NCBI GenBank assembly: GCA_964617825.1
Contig: CAZTWL010000004.1
Span: 7,546-71,545, forward strand
Length of the DNA stretch: 64,000 bases
Source: an uncultured Verrucomicrobiota bacterium
Lineage (GTDB): Bacteria > Verrucomicrobiota > Kiritimatiellia > JAAZAB01
Direction of reading: 5' to 3'
In this document: positions 9,256-18,761 of the stretch, one piece after another
Numbering within the stretch: position 1 is the stretch's first letter
How the letters are laid out: each line of letters starts with the position of its first letter
Notes under the pieces: model-generated
What the model was told of the DNA's origin: nothing
Seen by the model: the letters and a program-made list of their open reading frames with translations, nothing else
The model's database searches: none
Made by a program: the position numbers and the translations under genes

Positions 9256-10191
9256 ATGTTGGCAGTTAAACAGCTTAAAAAAACATTCGGACTGATCCAT
9301 GCGGTCCGGGATGTGTCTTTCCAGGTTGCCCAGGGCGAAGTCCTCGGCTTTCTGGGCCCCAACGGTGCAGGCAAGACCACCACGATGCGCATGATCACCG
9401 GCTTCCTGCCGCCGACATCCGGCACCGCCGTCATTATGGGGCACGATATCACCGGCGAACCGATACAAGCTAAAAAGCTGATCGGGTATCTGCCGGAAAA
9501 TGCTCCGGTTTATGCCGACATGACGGTCTGGAATTACCTGGGATTTATTGCCGAAATCCGTGGCTTTACCGGACGAAGACGCGCAGAACGCGTCCAGCAA
9601 ACCATCGAAACCTGCCGTCTGGATGCCGTCAAGCATCAGGCCATCGGGACTCTTTCCAAGGGTTATAAACAGCGCGTGTGTTTTTCCCAGGCGCTCCTGA
9701 ACGATCCGCCGGTGCTCATCATGGATGAACCTACCGACGGTCTCGATCCTAACCAGAAACATATTGTCCGCACCATGATTCGCGAGATGGCCGCGCGCAA
9801 GGCCATCGTGATTTCAACCCACATCCTGGAAGAAGTGGAAGCCATCTGTACGCGCGCCATCATTATCCGCGACGGCACAATTGTCGCCAACGCCACGCCG
9901 GCCGAACTGAAGGCCAAAAGCCGTGAGCATGGCGCGGTGGAACTGTATGTCAAGTCGGCCGCCGGAGACCTCGCTGCTAAGCTGGAGCGCCTGGCTTCCG
10001 TCGCCCGCGTGGAAGTCCAGCCGCACCGGGTGGTGGTCTATCCCCGTCCTTCAGCCAATAACCCGGCCCAACTGGCGCCCGACATCCTGGCACTGTTCAA
10101 GGCCAACCCCGCTTGGGAACTGACCGCATTTAAAACCATGGAAGGCCGCCTGGACGATGTTTTCCGCGATCTGACCGAATCGAAGAATTAA
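9256..10191 (+). CDS. ABC transporter ATP-binding protein with long C-terminal extension (GldA-like)
   Basis: Walker A GPNGAGKTT, LSKGYKQR signature, Walker B LIMDEPT. The ATG at 9256 follows a ggagaggagag RBS. Confidence 0.85.
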   Translation: MLAVKQLKKTFGLIHAVRDVSFQVAQGEVLGFLGPNGAGKTTTMRMITGFLPPTSGTAVIMGHDITGEPIQAKKLIGYLPENAPVYADMTVWNYLGFIAEIRGFTGRRRAERVQQTIETCRLDAVKHQAIGTLSKGYKQRVCFSQALLNDPPVLIMDEPTDGLDPNQKHIVRTMIREMAARKAIVISTHILEEVEAICTRAIIIRDGTIVANATPAELKAKSREHGAVELYVKSAAGDLAAKLERLASVARVEVQPHRVVVYPRPSANNPAQLAPDILALFKANPAWELTAFKTMEGRLDDVFRDLTESKN

Positions 10192-10368
10192 ATCCGGCGA
10201 ATAATAATCAACAAGACGAATTATCCGTAAAGAACATAACGCGCGCCAAGATTCGATACTACTGGAAATCAGCGTAGCCTTTTTTGCTCTATTTGAGATC
10301 TTGCGCGGCTAATAAATTGGAGAGCGGGCACAACCCGCCTTAGTTCCAGCGAACAAGGAGATTGATCT

Positions 10369-11112
10369 ATGGATTCCATGCGCAATACCAAGGCCATTAT
10401 CAAACGCGAACTGACCTCCTATTTCGAGTCGCCAGTGGCTTATGTATTTATGGTGGTCTTTCTAATGCTGATCGGGTTCCTGACCTTTTTCGTATCCCGG
10501 TTTTATGAAGGCGGACAGGCCGATTTGCGCGGCTTTTTCTTCTGGCACCCGTGGATGTTCCTGATCCTTGTGCCGGCCGCCGCCATGCGGCTTTGGGCCG
10601 AAGAACGCCGCGCCGGGACCATTGAAACCCTGTTGACCCTGCCCGTGACCATTACCCAGGTAATCGTTGGCAAGTTCCTGGCAGCCTGGTTTTTTATCGG
10701 ACTGATCGTGGCCCTGACGTTTCCCATCGTGCTGACCACGGCCTACTTGGGTGCCCCGGATCGCGGAGCTATCATGGGCGGGTATATCGGCAGTTTCCTT
10801 TTGGCCGGCGCCTATCTCTCGGTCGGCATGCTGACCTCGGCCATGACGCGCAACCAGGTCATCAGTTTCGTACTCTCGCTGGTTATCTGCCTGTTTCTCC
10901 TGCTCGCCGGCTGGCCGCCCGTGACGGATGTCATGGCGCGCTGGGCGCCGGAATGGCTGGTACGCGGCGTGGCCGCCTTCAGTTTTATGCCGCATTACGA
11001 TGCGTTCCAGAAGGGTGTGCTCGACCTGCGCGACTTTGTCTATTATTTCAGCGTGATGATCTTCATGCTGTTCGGCACAAACCTGGTTTTGGAAAACCGG
11101 AAGGCCGCCTGA
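10369..11112 (+). CDS. ABC-2 family permease (GldF-like)
   Basis: Six predicted TM segments. The N-terminus (IIKRELTSYFESPVAYVFMVVFLML) is typical of GldF/ABC-2 permeases. Confidence 0.75.
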   Translation: MDSMRNTKAIIKRELTSYFESPVAYVFMVVFLMLIGFLTFFVSRFYEGGQADLRGFFFWHPWMFLILVPAAAMRLWAEERRAGTIETLLTLPVTITQVIVGKFLAAWFFIGLIVALTFPIVLTTAYLGAPDRGAIMGGYIGSFLLAGAYLSVGMLTSAMTRNQVISFVLSLVICLFLLLAGWPPVTDVMARWAPEWLVRGVAAFSFMPHYDAFQKGVLDLRDFVYYFSVMIFMLFGTNLVLENRKAA

Positions 11113-11239
11113 TCGCATTTCGAATTGCTGCTGGATGATTGATGATTACCAATCGGAAAGCATCAATCCGAAATTAATTTGGCATTGACCATAAACGATC
11201 GACCATTTCAGTCGAATTGCGCAATATAAAGGAAAAATT

Positions 11240-13162
11240 ATGAAAGCACGGCTTCTTTGGAAATTCACCGGCAGCCTTGTCGGCCTGCTGGCCATCCTGG
11301 CCATCCTGATCGCGGTCAATATTATCGTCAGTCACGTCAGGCTGCGGGCGGACCTGACGGAAGAAAAGCTCTACACGCTTTCGGACGGCACCCGCGCCGT
11401 TCTCCAATCTCTGGGCCGGCCGGTATCCCTCAAGTTTTTCTTCTCCGGCAGCTCAACGGAAATCCCCATCCCGCTCAAAAATTTTGCGCGCCAGGTGGAG
11501 GATTTGCTCAAGGAATACGAGCTGGCTTCCGGCGGCAAGCTGCTGGTTGAAACCTACAATCCCAAGCCGGACTCGGATGCCGAGGAATGGGCGCAACGCT
11601 ACGGACTCGCCGGCGAACAACTTGGCTTGGAAGATGGCGCGCTTTATCTGGGGCTCGTCGCCGTGCAGGGCGACAATCACGAGGTTATTCCGTTTCTCGA
11701 TCCGCGCAACGAGGAAATGCTGGAATACAACATTACCCGCATGATCGCGCGCGTGGCCAACCCCAAAAAACCGGTTCTCGGCATCCTGAGCAGTCTGCCG
11801 GTCATGGGCGTGCGCTCGTTCCCATATGCCATGCCTGGCCAGCCGCGGCCCAAGAGTTCGCCGCCCTGGGTGGCCTTCAAGGATCTAAGCAAGGATTATG
11901 ACGTGCGCCAATTGGCCGTCGATACGGAGGTCATCGACCCTGCAATCGACGTTATGATCGTGGTGCATCCCAAGAACGTGCCGGAGAAAACACTTTTTGC
12001 CATCGACCAATTCATCCTGCGCGGCGGGCGCCTGCTGGCATTCGTCGATCCGCTCTGCGTCTCCGACGCCATGAACCAGGATCCTTCCATGGGCGGCATG
12101 GATCGGCCCATGTCCGACTTGGGCCCGCTTACCGCCGCCTGGGGCATCACCTACGAGCCCGACCAGGTTGTTGCCGATCTTCTGGCAAGCACCCGGGTGC
12201 AAAGCGGCAACAACCAGATTGAGAATAATCCCGTGTTTCTCAGCTTGCGCAATGTGAATATCGACGGGAAGGACATTGTCACCTCCTCGCTCGAATCGCT
12301 GGGGCTGCCCGTTGCCGGCGCATTTTCCGGCGCCGGGGTGGAAGGCTTGAGCGTCGGCACCCTGCTGGTAACCTCGGAGCAGTCGGCGCTTGTCAACACG
12401 ATGGTTGCCCAGATGGGCGCGGAGTCTGTCCGCCGTGGCTTCAAGAGCGGGGAGAAGCGCCTGAACCTGGCCATCCGCGTGCAGGGGAAATTTAAAACGG
12501 CTTTCCCGCAAGGCAAGCCCAAGCCGGCGCCGGAAACCGGCAAAAAGAAAGCAGACGCCAAGGAACCCGCGAACTCCGACGACAACACCCCGGCCTTAAA
12601 GGAAAGTGTCAAGCCCAGTTCCGTTATTCTGGTGGCGGATGTCGACCTGCTTTATGACGCTTTCGCCGTTCAGGAAATTCCGATTTTCGGACAGCGCATG
12701 TATCAGCCGCTGAACGACAATATCAGTTTCTTTGCCAATGCCGTCGACCAGCTTTCCGGCAGTGCCGACATGGCCAAGATCCGCGCCCGCGGTCGGGTTG
12801 ACCGCCCATTTGACCGCGTCCAAAAGCTCCAGAGCGAAGCGCAACAACGCTGGATGGCACAGGAACGCATGCTGCAGGATCAGTTGGCCTCAACCCAGGA
12901 AAGGCTTGAAAACCTGCAAGCCAAGAAAGACAAAAGCCAGCGCTTCATTCTCAGCGCCGAGCAGGAACAGGAAATCGCCAAGTTCAAACAGGAACAAATC
13001 AAGACCCAACATGAGCTCAAGCAGGTTCGCAAAAACCTGCGCGAAGGCATCGAGGTGCTTGGCGTCAAAGTCAAGGTCATCAATATTCTGGCCATTCCCC
13101 TGCTGGTGTGCCTGGCGGGGCTGGCTTTTGGCTGGCAACGGCGACACAGTGTAAGGCGCTGA
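11240..13162 (+). CDS. GldG-like ABC-transporter auxiliary protein
   Basis: N-terminal TM, the DLTEEKLYTLSDGT motif, a large periplasmic domain, a C-terminal coiled-coil and a final TM. Confidence 0.7.
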   Translation: MKARLLWKFTGSLVGLLAILAILIAVNIIVSHVRLRADLTEEKLYTLSDGTRAVLQSLGRPVSLKFFFSGSSTEIPIPLKNFARQVEDLLKEYELASGGKLLVETYNPKPDSDAEEWAQRYGLAGEQLGLEDGALYLGLVAVQGDNHEVIPFLDPRNEEMLEYNITRMIARVANPKKPVLGILSSLPVMGVRSFPYAMPGQPRPKSSPPWVAFKDLSKDYDVRQLAVDTEVIDPAIDVMIVVHPKNVPEKTLFAIDQFILRGGRLLAFVDPLCVSDAMNQDPSMGGMDRPMSDLGPLTAAWGITYEPDQVVADLLASTRVQSGNNQIENNPVFLSLRNVNIDGKDIVTSSLESLGLPVAGAFSGAGVEGLSVGTLLVTSEQSALVNTMVAQMGAESVRRGFKSGEKRLNLAIRVQGKFKTAFPQGKPKPAPETGKKKADAKEPANSDDNTPALKESVKPSSVILVADVDLLYDAFAVQEIPIFGQRMYQPLNDNISFFANAVDQLSGSADMAKIRARGRVDRPFDRVQKLQSEAQQRWMAQERMLQDQLASTQERLENLQAKKDKSQRFILSAEQEQEIAKFKQEQIKTQHELKQVRKNLREGIEVLGVKVKVINILAIPLLVCLAGLAFGWQRRHSVRR

Positions 13163-13209
13163 AAATCAATTAATGTCTCAATCGCTAGATATTTACCGGG
13201 AGATGGATT

Positions 13210-14529
13210 ATGAAGATACGCAATCTTGTTTTACTCGTGATATTGGCCGTGGCCTTGGCCGGTTGGGCTGCCTGGACCATGCGTCCGCAACCGCAACCGG
13301 GCACAGCCCTGATTGGCACGCGCGTCCTACCCAAGCTGCCCGTCAACCAGGTGAGCAAAATCGTGCTGACCACGGCAACGAACACCCTGACCCTGGCAAA
13401 GGTTAAAGGTATCTGGACCGTGGCCAACCGGTTTAACTATCCAGCGGCCTTCGACAAAATTGCCGAGAATCTGCTCCAACTCAGCGAGATAAAAGTCGGT
13501 CAGGTAATTGCCGCCGATGAATCACAGAATGCCGCCCTCAATCTGCTGGATCCCGCCGCGGGAGATAAAAAGCAATCCGGGACACGCGTGGAATTGAAAG
13601 ATGAAAACGACGGGATGATTGCTATGCTGCTCATTGGCAAGCCGTTTATGCGTCAGTCTCCGGAAGGCGGCCAGCAAGGACCGCTTTCCATGGGCGATTA
13701 TCCGGACGGGCAATACGTGAAGACATCCGCAGGCCGCATATTCCTCGTCGGCCAAACGTTCGATCGCTTGACCGATGGCATTGAGAACTGGCTGGCCACC
13801 GAGTTCGTCAATGTCGCCGCTAACGATATCCAGAACATCACGGTGACTGCGCCCGACCGCGCGCCGATAAAGCTCGTGCGGTCAAAAACAAGCGAGGCCT
13901 TCACGCTTGAAGGCTTGAAAGAAGGGGAAGGCACATTAGATTCCGCCAAGGTCAACCAGATGGCTGGGGCGCTGAATATGCTGGGGTTTGACGATATTGC
14001 CGCCCCTACTCTGTCATCCAAGGAAACCGGAATGGAGCACCCGGTGATCTTCGAGGCTTCTACCCGCCAGGGACGAATTTACACCTTGCGTATCGGCAAT
14101 ACACTGACCAACGACACGTTCGACCGCTATCTCAAGGTGACGGTGGACTGGAAAGCGCCGGCCGAGGCCAAAGACAAGGATGCCGCGATGGCGGTTACGA
14201 CAAACGCGGTGGATGCGGCCAAAGCCGAACGGCAAAAAGCGGACGAGGCCGCAAAGAATGCGGCGGAAGCCAAGGCGCTGAACGACCGCCTGGCAACCTG
14301 GACCTTCATTATCAAGTCATATCGGGCGGAGCCGTTGCTGATCAAGCGCCAGGACCTGATTAAAAAAACCGAGCCGGCCGGAGAACAGAAGGCGAATGAC
14401 AGCATCCCCACCGTGACTCCCGAGGCAAAATCAGGGCGCCAGGCAAAGAATGTCGGGGACGAGAAAGCGCCGTTGAATTCCCAAAATCAAGCGCTGAACT
14501 TCAAGCCGCAAAATAAAATCGAGGAATGA
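13210..14529 (+). CDS. DUF4340-like periplasmic protein commonly paired with GldG-type ABC systems
   Basis: Signal/TM N-terminus with the LTLAKVKGIWTV pattern, directly following the gldG-like gene. The domain assignment is made from memory, not from a search. Confidence 0.45.
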   Translation: MKIRNLVLLVILAVALAGWAAWTMRPQPQPGTALIGTRVLPKLPVNQVSKIVLTTATNTLTLAKVKGIWTVANRFNYPAAFDKIAENLLQLSEIKVGQVIAADESQNAALNLLDPAAGDKKQSGTRVELKDENDGMIAMLLIGKPFMRQSPEGGQQGPLSMGDYPDGQYVKTSAGRIFLVGQTFDRLTDGIENWLATEFVNVAANDIQNITVTAPDRAPIKLVRSKTSEAFTLEGLKEGEGTLDSAKVNQMAGALNMLGFDDIAAPTLSSKETGMEHPVIFEASTRQGRIYTLRIGNTLTNDTFDRYLKVTVDWKAPAEAKDKDAAMAVTTNAVDAAKAERQKADEAAKNAAEAKALNDRLATWTFIIKSYRAEPLLIKRQDLIKKTEPAGEQKANDSIPTVTPEAKSGRQAKNVGDEKAPLNSQNQALNFKPQNKIEE

Positions 14530-15569
14530 CCGATCCGACCATCTATCATCAACCGCTGACCATGCAGGAGATAATCCATATGGACCACACCGAAATCACC
14601 AAGACGACCGACATGATTCACGAACAGACCAAGGCCATCGACAGCGTGCGCCAGGAAGTGATGAAAATCATGGTGGGCCAGGAACACATGCTGGACCGCA
14701 TGCTGATTGCGCTCATTACCGGCGGGCATATCCTTCTGGAAGGCGTGCCCGGACTGGCCAAGACCACGGCGGTCAAAACGCTGGCCCAGTCGCTGGGATT
14801 GAAATTTCATCGGATCAGCTTTACGCCGGACCTCTTGCCGGCCGACCTGATCGGCACGATGATTTACGACCCGCGCACCGGAACATTTTCAGTCAAGAAG
14901 GGGCCGGTCTTCACAAACCTTTTGCTGGCGGATGAAATCAACCGGGCCCCGGCCAAAGTGCAGTCGGCCCTTCTGGAAGCCATGCAAGAACATCAGGTGA
15001 CAATCGGCGATCAAACCTATCCTTTGCCGGAACCGTTCATGGTCATGGCTACCCAAAACCCCATCGAACAGGAAGGCACCTATCCCCTGCCCGAGGCGCA
15101 AATCGACCGTTTCATGCTCAAATGCAAGGTGACCTATCCTTCCAAGGATGACGAACGCCGGATCATGAACCGATTCACGCGCAAACACGATGAAGAGATA
15201 AGCGCAGTCATGTCGTCCGATCAGATCTTCCTGTTACGCGACCTGCTGGACCAGGTCTATTGCGACGAAAAAGTGGGCGAATACATCCTCGACCTTGTCT
15301 TCGCCACACGCCAGCCATCAATTTACAATATTCCCGTGGATCACCAAATCCAGTACGGCGCATCGCCGCGCGCCACGCTTTATCTGAACCTGGCTTCCCG
15401 CGCCAATGCCATGCTTCACGGCCGCGGTTATGCCACGCCTCAGGACGTCAAGGAAATCGCCCACGATATCCTCCGGCACCGCATAATGCTGACTTACGAA
15501 GCGGAAGCGGAAGAAGTGACCAGCGAGGACCTGATCACGCGTCTTCTCAACGATATACCGGTGCCTTGA
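14526..15569 (+). CDS. MoxR-family AAA+ ATPase
   Basis: LLEGVPGLAKT Walker A and LLADEINRAPAKVQSALLEAMQE. The start overlaps the upstream stop as ATGA. Confidence 0.9.
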   Translation: MTDPTIYHQPLTMQEIIHMDHTEITKTTDMIHEQTKAIDSVRQEVMKIMVGQEHMLDRMLIALITGGHILLEGVPGLAKTTAVKTLAQSLGLKFHRISFTPDLLPADLIGTMIYDPRTGTFSVKKGPVFTNLLLADEINRAPAKVQSALLEAMQEHQVTIGDQTYPLPEPFMVMATQNPIEQEGTYPLPEAQIDRFMLKCKVTYPSKDDERRIMNRFTRKHDEEISAVMSSDQIFLLRDLLDQVYCDEKVGEYILDLVFATRQPSIYNIPVDHQIQYGASPRATLYLNLASRANAMLHGRGYATPQDVKEIAHDILRHRIMLTYEAEAEEVTSEDLITRLLNDIPVP

Positions 15570-15677
15570 ATAATGGACAAGGGGTAACGGCCAACGGCAC
15601 TTGTTGCTCATTGGCCAAGGCCGGTTTGCATTAGTCCGTTTTTTGCCATCGATTAACCATCAACTACTTTTTTTAAA

Positions 15678-16568
15678 ATGGCCATTGATACCAAAGAATT
15701 GATGAAGCACGTCCGCCGGATCAAGGTGGTTACGGCCAAGCTTGTGGATGAACACATATCCGGCGAGTATCACTCCGTCTTCAAGGGGCGCGGCATGGAA
15801 TTCGACGAAGTGCGCGCCTATGTGCCCGGCGACGACGTGCGCTCTATCGATTGGAACGTGACCGCGCGCATGGGGCACCCCTATGTCAAGCGCTTCTGCG
15901 AAGAGCGGGAATTGACGATTATTTTCCTGGTGGATATTTCCGGCTCCATGATTTTCGGGTCCGGATTGCGTTCCAAAGCCGAGGTGGCCGCCGAACTGAC
16001 CAGCCTCCTGGCGCTTTCAGCCATAAAAAATCAGGACAAGGTCGGAATGATCCTGTTCTCCGACCGGATCGAGCGCTATATTCCTCCGCGCAAGGGCCGG
16101 ACGGCAGCAATGCGCCTGGTACGGGAGGTCTTGGCAGCCGAGGAAACGCGCCATGAAACCAACCTTGGTGTTGCCCTGCAATTCCTGAATAAGGTGCAAA
16201 AACGCCGTTCGGTGGTTTTCCTGATTTCCGATTTCCTGGCCACGGGATATGAAAAGGAATTGCGGATCATGTCGCGCCATCACGACCTGATCGCCTGCCC
16301 GATTTCAGACCCCCGCGAGCGGACTTTGCCAGATATCGGACTTTTGGAACTGGTCAACCCGGAGACCGGCGAACTCATGCTGGCGGACACCAGTTCCAGC
16401 CATCTCTTGAAATCGTTTCAGGCTCAGGCCGCCGCGGAGGAGCAGGCGCGCGACAAGCAATTCCAGAGGCTTAAAGTTGATCGCCTGGCACTGACAACCG
16501 ATCGTCCCTTTGTGGACGATGTCCGCCGGCTTTTCCACCTTCGCCAGCATCGCATGCATCGGGGCTGA
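15678..16568 (+). CDS. DUF58 (vWA-like) protein of MoxR-Bat operons
   Basis: Hallmark GxYxSxFKGRGMEFDEVRxYxPGDDVRSIDW and an FLVDISGSM MIDAS-like motif. Confidence 0.85.
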   Translation: MAIDTKELMKHVRRIKVVTAKLVDEHISGEYHSVFKGRGMEFDEVRAYVPGDDVRSIDWNVTARMGHPYVKRFCEERELTIIFLVDISGSMIFGSGLRSKAEVAAELTSLLALSAIKNQDKVGMILFSDRIERYIPPRKGRTAAMRLVREVLAAEETRHETNLGVALQFLNKVQKRRSVVFLISDFLATGYEKELRIMSRHHDLIACPISDPRERTLPDIGLLELVNPETGELMLADTSSSHLLKSFQAQAAAEEQARDKQFQRLKVDRLALTTDRPFVDDVRRLFHLRQHRMHRG

Positions 16569-16573
16569 AGAAA

Positions 16574-17701
16574 GTGCAGAATTTTATGATGGCCATGCCA
16601 TACAAAGCAAAAGGATCCTGTTCACGGCTATACGGCTGGGCGCAAGCCGGCGTTTTTTTGGCGCTGGCGGCCTTCTTGTCCGTTACGGCACCCGTTGCCG
16701 CCAGTACGAACGGCGCTGCTTTGCCGGAATCACGGGCTGAGCCGCGTGTGGAAAAAATGGCGTCGGGCCCCGTGGAATTAATCATTGCCGCCGACCCGGC
16801 CCAGGTTCATCTGGACCGGGACATCCTGCTTTCGATCAAGACTATTGCGCCCTCCAATATCACGGTCCGGTTGCCGCCCCTGGAAAATCGGCTTGCCGGA
16901 TTTGTCCTGAACGGCGCGTTTGACCGCGAACCGGCCTGCGAGGGCGGGACCATTGTGCAGGAACATTGTTTTCGATTGACGCCGCTTGTGGCCGCCGAAT
17001 ACCGCCTGGCGCCCCTGGCGGTTACCTATACCGATAGAAGCGCTCCCAATTCCTCTGAAAACTGGTTTGCCACGCGCGCGCTCGTTTTTGATGTCGCCCC
17101 GCTAGGCAAAGAGCATCCGGGCGTTTCCATGCGCGATATCCGCGGGCCGGTTTGGATCTATCCCCCCTTCAAAACAGTGGTCGGCTGGCTGGCAATCCTG
17201 GTATTGGTCGCGGCGGCAATCTGGGCGATCTACCGGTTCAGCCGCCGAATTCATCGCGCCATTCAGTTACAGCGGATGTCGCCCCGCGAACGCGCGCTGG
17301 TGGAACTGGCCGAATTGATGGCCCAAGACCTAATCTCAAAAAGCAAGATCAAGGAATTTTTCCTGGCACTGACCTTGATTGTCCGCCGCTACATCGAACG
17401 GGCACACGATATTCGGGCGCCCGAACAGACCACGGAGGAATTTCTGCTGGCCGCTTCGCGGAATCCGCAATTCCGCCCGGAGGTTTTGGTCAAACTGCGC
17501 GCTTTTCTGCAAACTGCCGACTTGGTCAAATTCGCGGAATATCGACCGGAAAAAGCGGTCGTGGATCTGGCCTTCGGCACGGCCAAGGATTATGTGGCCA
17601 CGGATGAAGCGCTGCAAACGGCGGAATCCGGCGCCGGCAGGGAGGATGGCGCACCACGGCGGACACGCCATGATCTTGGAACAATGAAGCAGGAAACATA
17701 G
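16574..17701 (+). CDS. Membrane protein: BatD-like N-terminal beta-rich domain + DUF4381-like C-terminal region
   Basis: Signal peptide and a single mid-protein TM (WLAILVLVAAAIWAIYRF), followed by a DUF4381-type TPR-like tail. This is the position normally held by the small membrane protein between DUF58 and batA. Start (GTG 16574 or ATG 16586) is uncertain. Confidence 0.5.
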   Translation: MQNFMMAMPYKAKGSCSRLYGWAQAGVFLALAAFLSVTAPVAASTNGAALPESRAEPRVEKMASGPVELIIAADPAQVHLDRDILLSIKTIAPSNITVRLPPLENRLAGFVLNGAFDREPACEGGTIVQEHCFRLTPLVAAEYRLAPLAVTYTDRSAPNSSENWFATRALVFDVAPLGKEHPGVSMRDIRGPVWIYPPFKTVVGWLAILVLVAAAIWAIYRFSRRIHRAIQLQRMSPRERALVELAELMAQDLISKSKIKEFFLALTLIVRRYIERAHDIRAPEQTTEEFLLAASRNPQFRPEVLVKLRAFLQTADLVKFAEYRPEKAVVDLAFGTAKDYVATDEALQTAESGAGREDGAPRRTRHDLGTMKQET

Positions 17702-17722
17702 AATAAAGAAACGATTCCCGTC

Positions 17723-18757
17723 ATGTTTCGCTTTGCCAATCCATATTATTTGTTTTTGATTATCCCGCTTTGTGTCGTGGCCTGGGCCATGTTCGCGCGG
17801 CGCAGGAAGGGCGGCATTGTCTTTGCACCCACTCATCGTCTGCCGCCTGCGGCTTTAACCTGGCGGACGGTTGCCATCAGCCTTGTCCCGTTCCTGTTCC
17901 TGGCCGGCGCAGGGCTGACGATTATCGCCATGGCCCGTCCGCAAACTGTGTTCTCGAAGACCGCGCATCAAACCGATGCCATTGCCATTCAAATGGTGGT
18001 CGACGTTTCCGGCTCGATGGAAGCGCTGGATTTTTCGACGGCGGACACCATGTGTACGCGCCTGGACGTGGTCAAGGAAACATTCGCCAAGTTCATTGAG
18101 AAGCGCACCGACGACTTGATCGGCCTGGTCACTTTTGGCGGCTATGCCAACAGCCGCGTGCCGTTGACCATCGATCACAGCGCGCTCCTGCACGTCCTCA
18201 AAGGCGTCCAGATTCCCAAACCCTCCCTGGATGCCAACGGGCAGTTGGTTAACCAGGAGGAATTGCTGACCGCCATTGGCGATGCATTGGCCACGGCCTG
18301 CGGGCGGCTGGAAAAGGCCCCGATCAAATCCAAGCTTATCGTGCTGCTTAGCGATGGCGAATCCAACACAGGCCTGATCAAGCCCGACGAAGCCGTCAAA
18401 GCCGCCAAGGCGCTGGGCATCAAGGTCTATACCATCGGTGTGGGCTCAAACGGACGCGCACCCTTTATGACCAGAGACGTTTTCGGCCGCAACACCATTC
18501 AATACGCCGAAGTCCGCATCGATGAGGAACAGCTACGCCGCATTGCCTCGACCACCGGCGGACAATATTTCAACGTCAAGGATCCCAAGGGTCTTTCCCG
18601 TGCGCTATCCGAGATCGATAAACTTGAGAAAACCAATATTAACAAGGAGATTTTTAACCAGTACACGGAATTGTTCCCTCGCTATCTCTGGCCTGGAGTT
18701 GTTTTGCTGGCTCTGGCCATCTCTTTGAACATGATGGTGCGGAAGGAGATTATTTAA
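17723..18757 (+). CDS. BatA-like membrane-anchored von Willebrand factor A protein
   Basis: Two N-terminal TM segments, a vWA MIDAS motif (VVDVSGSM) and a C-terminal TM. Confidence 0.8.
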   Translation: MFRFANPYYLFLIIPLCVVAWAMFARRRKGGIVFAPTHRLPPAALTWRTVAISLVPFLFLAGAGLTIIAMARPQTVFSKTAHQTDAIAIQMVVDVSGSMEALDFSTADTMCTRLDVVKETFAKFIEKRTDDLIGLVTFGGYANSRVPLTIDHSALLHVLKGVQIPKPSLDANGQLVNQEELLTAIGDALATACGRLEKAPIKSKLIVLLSDGESNTGLIKPDEAVKAAKALGIKVYTIGVGSNGRAPFMTRDVFGRNTIQYAEVRIDEEQLRRIASTTGGQYFNVKDPKGLSRALSEIDKLEKTNINKEIFNQYTELFPRYLWPGVVLLALAISLNMMVRKEII

Positions 18758-18761
18758 CGTC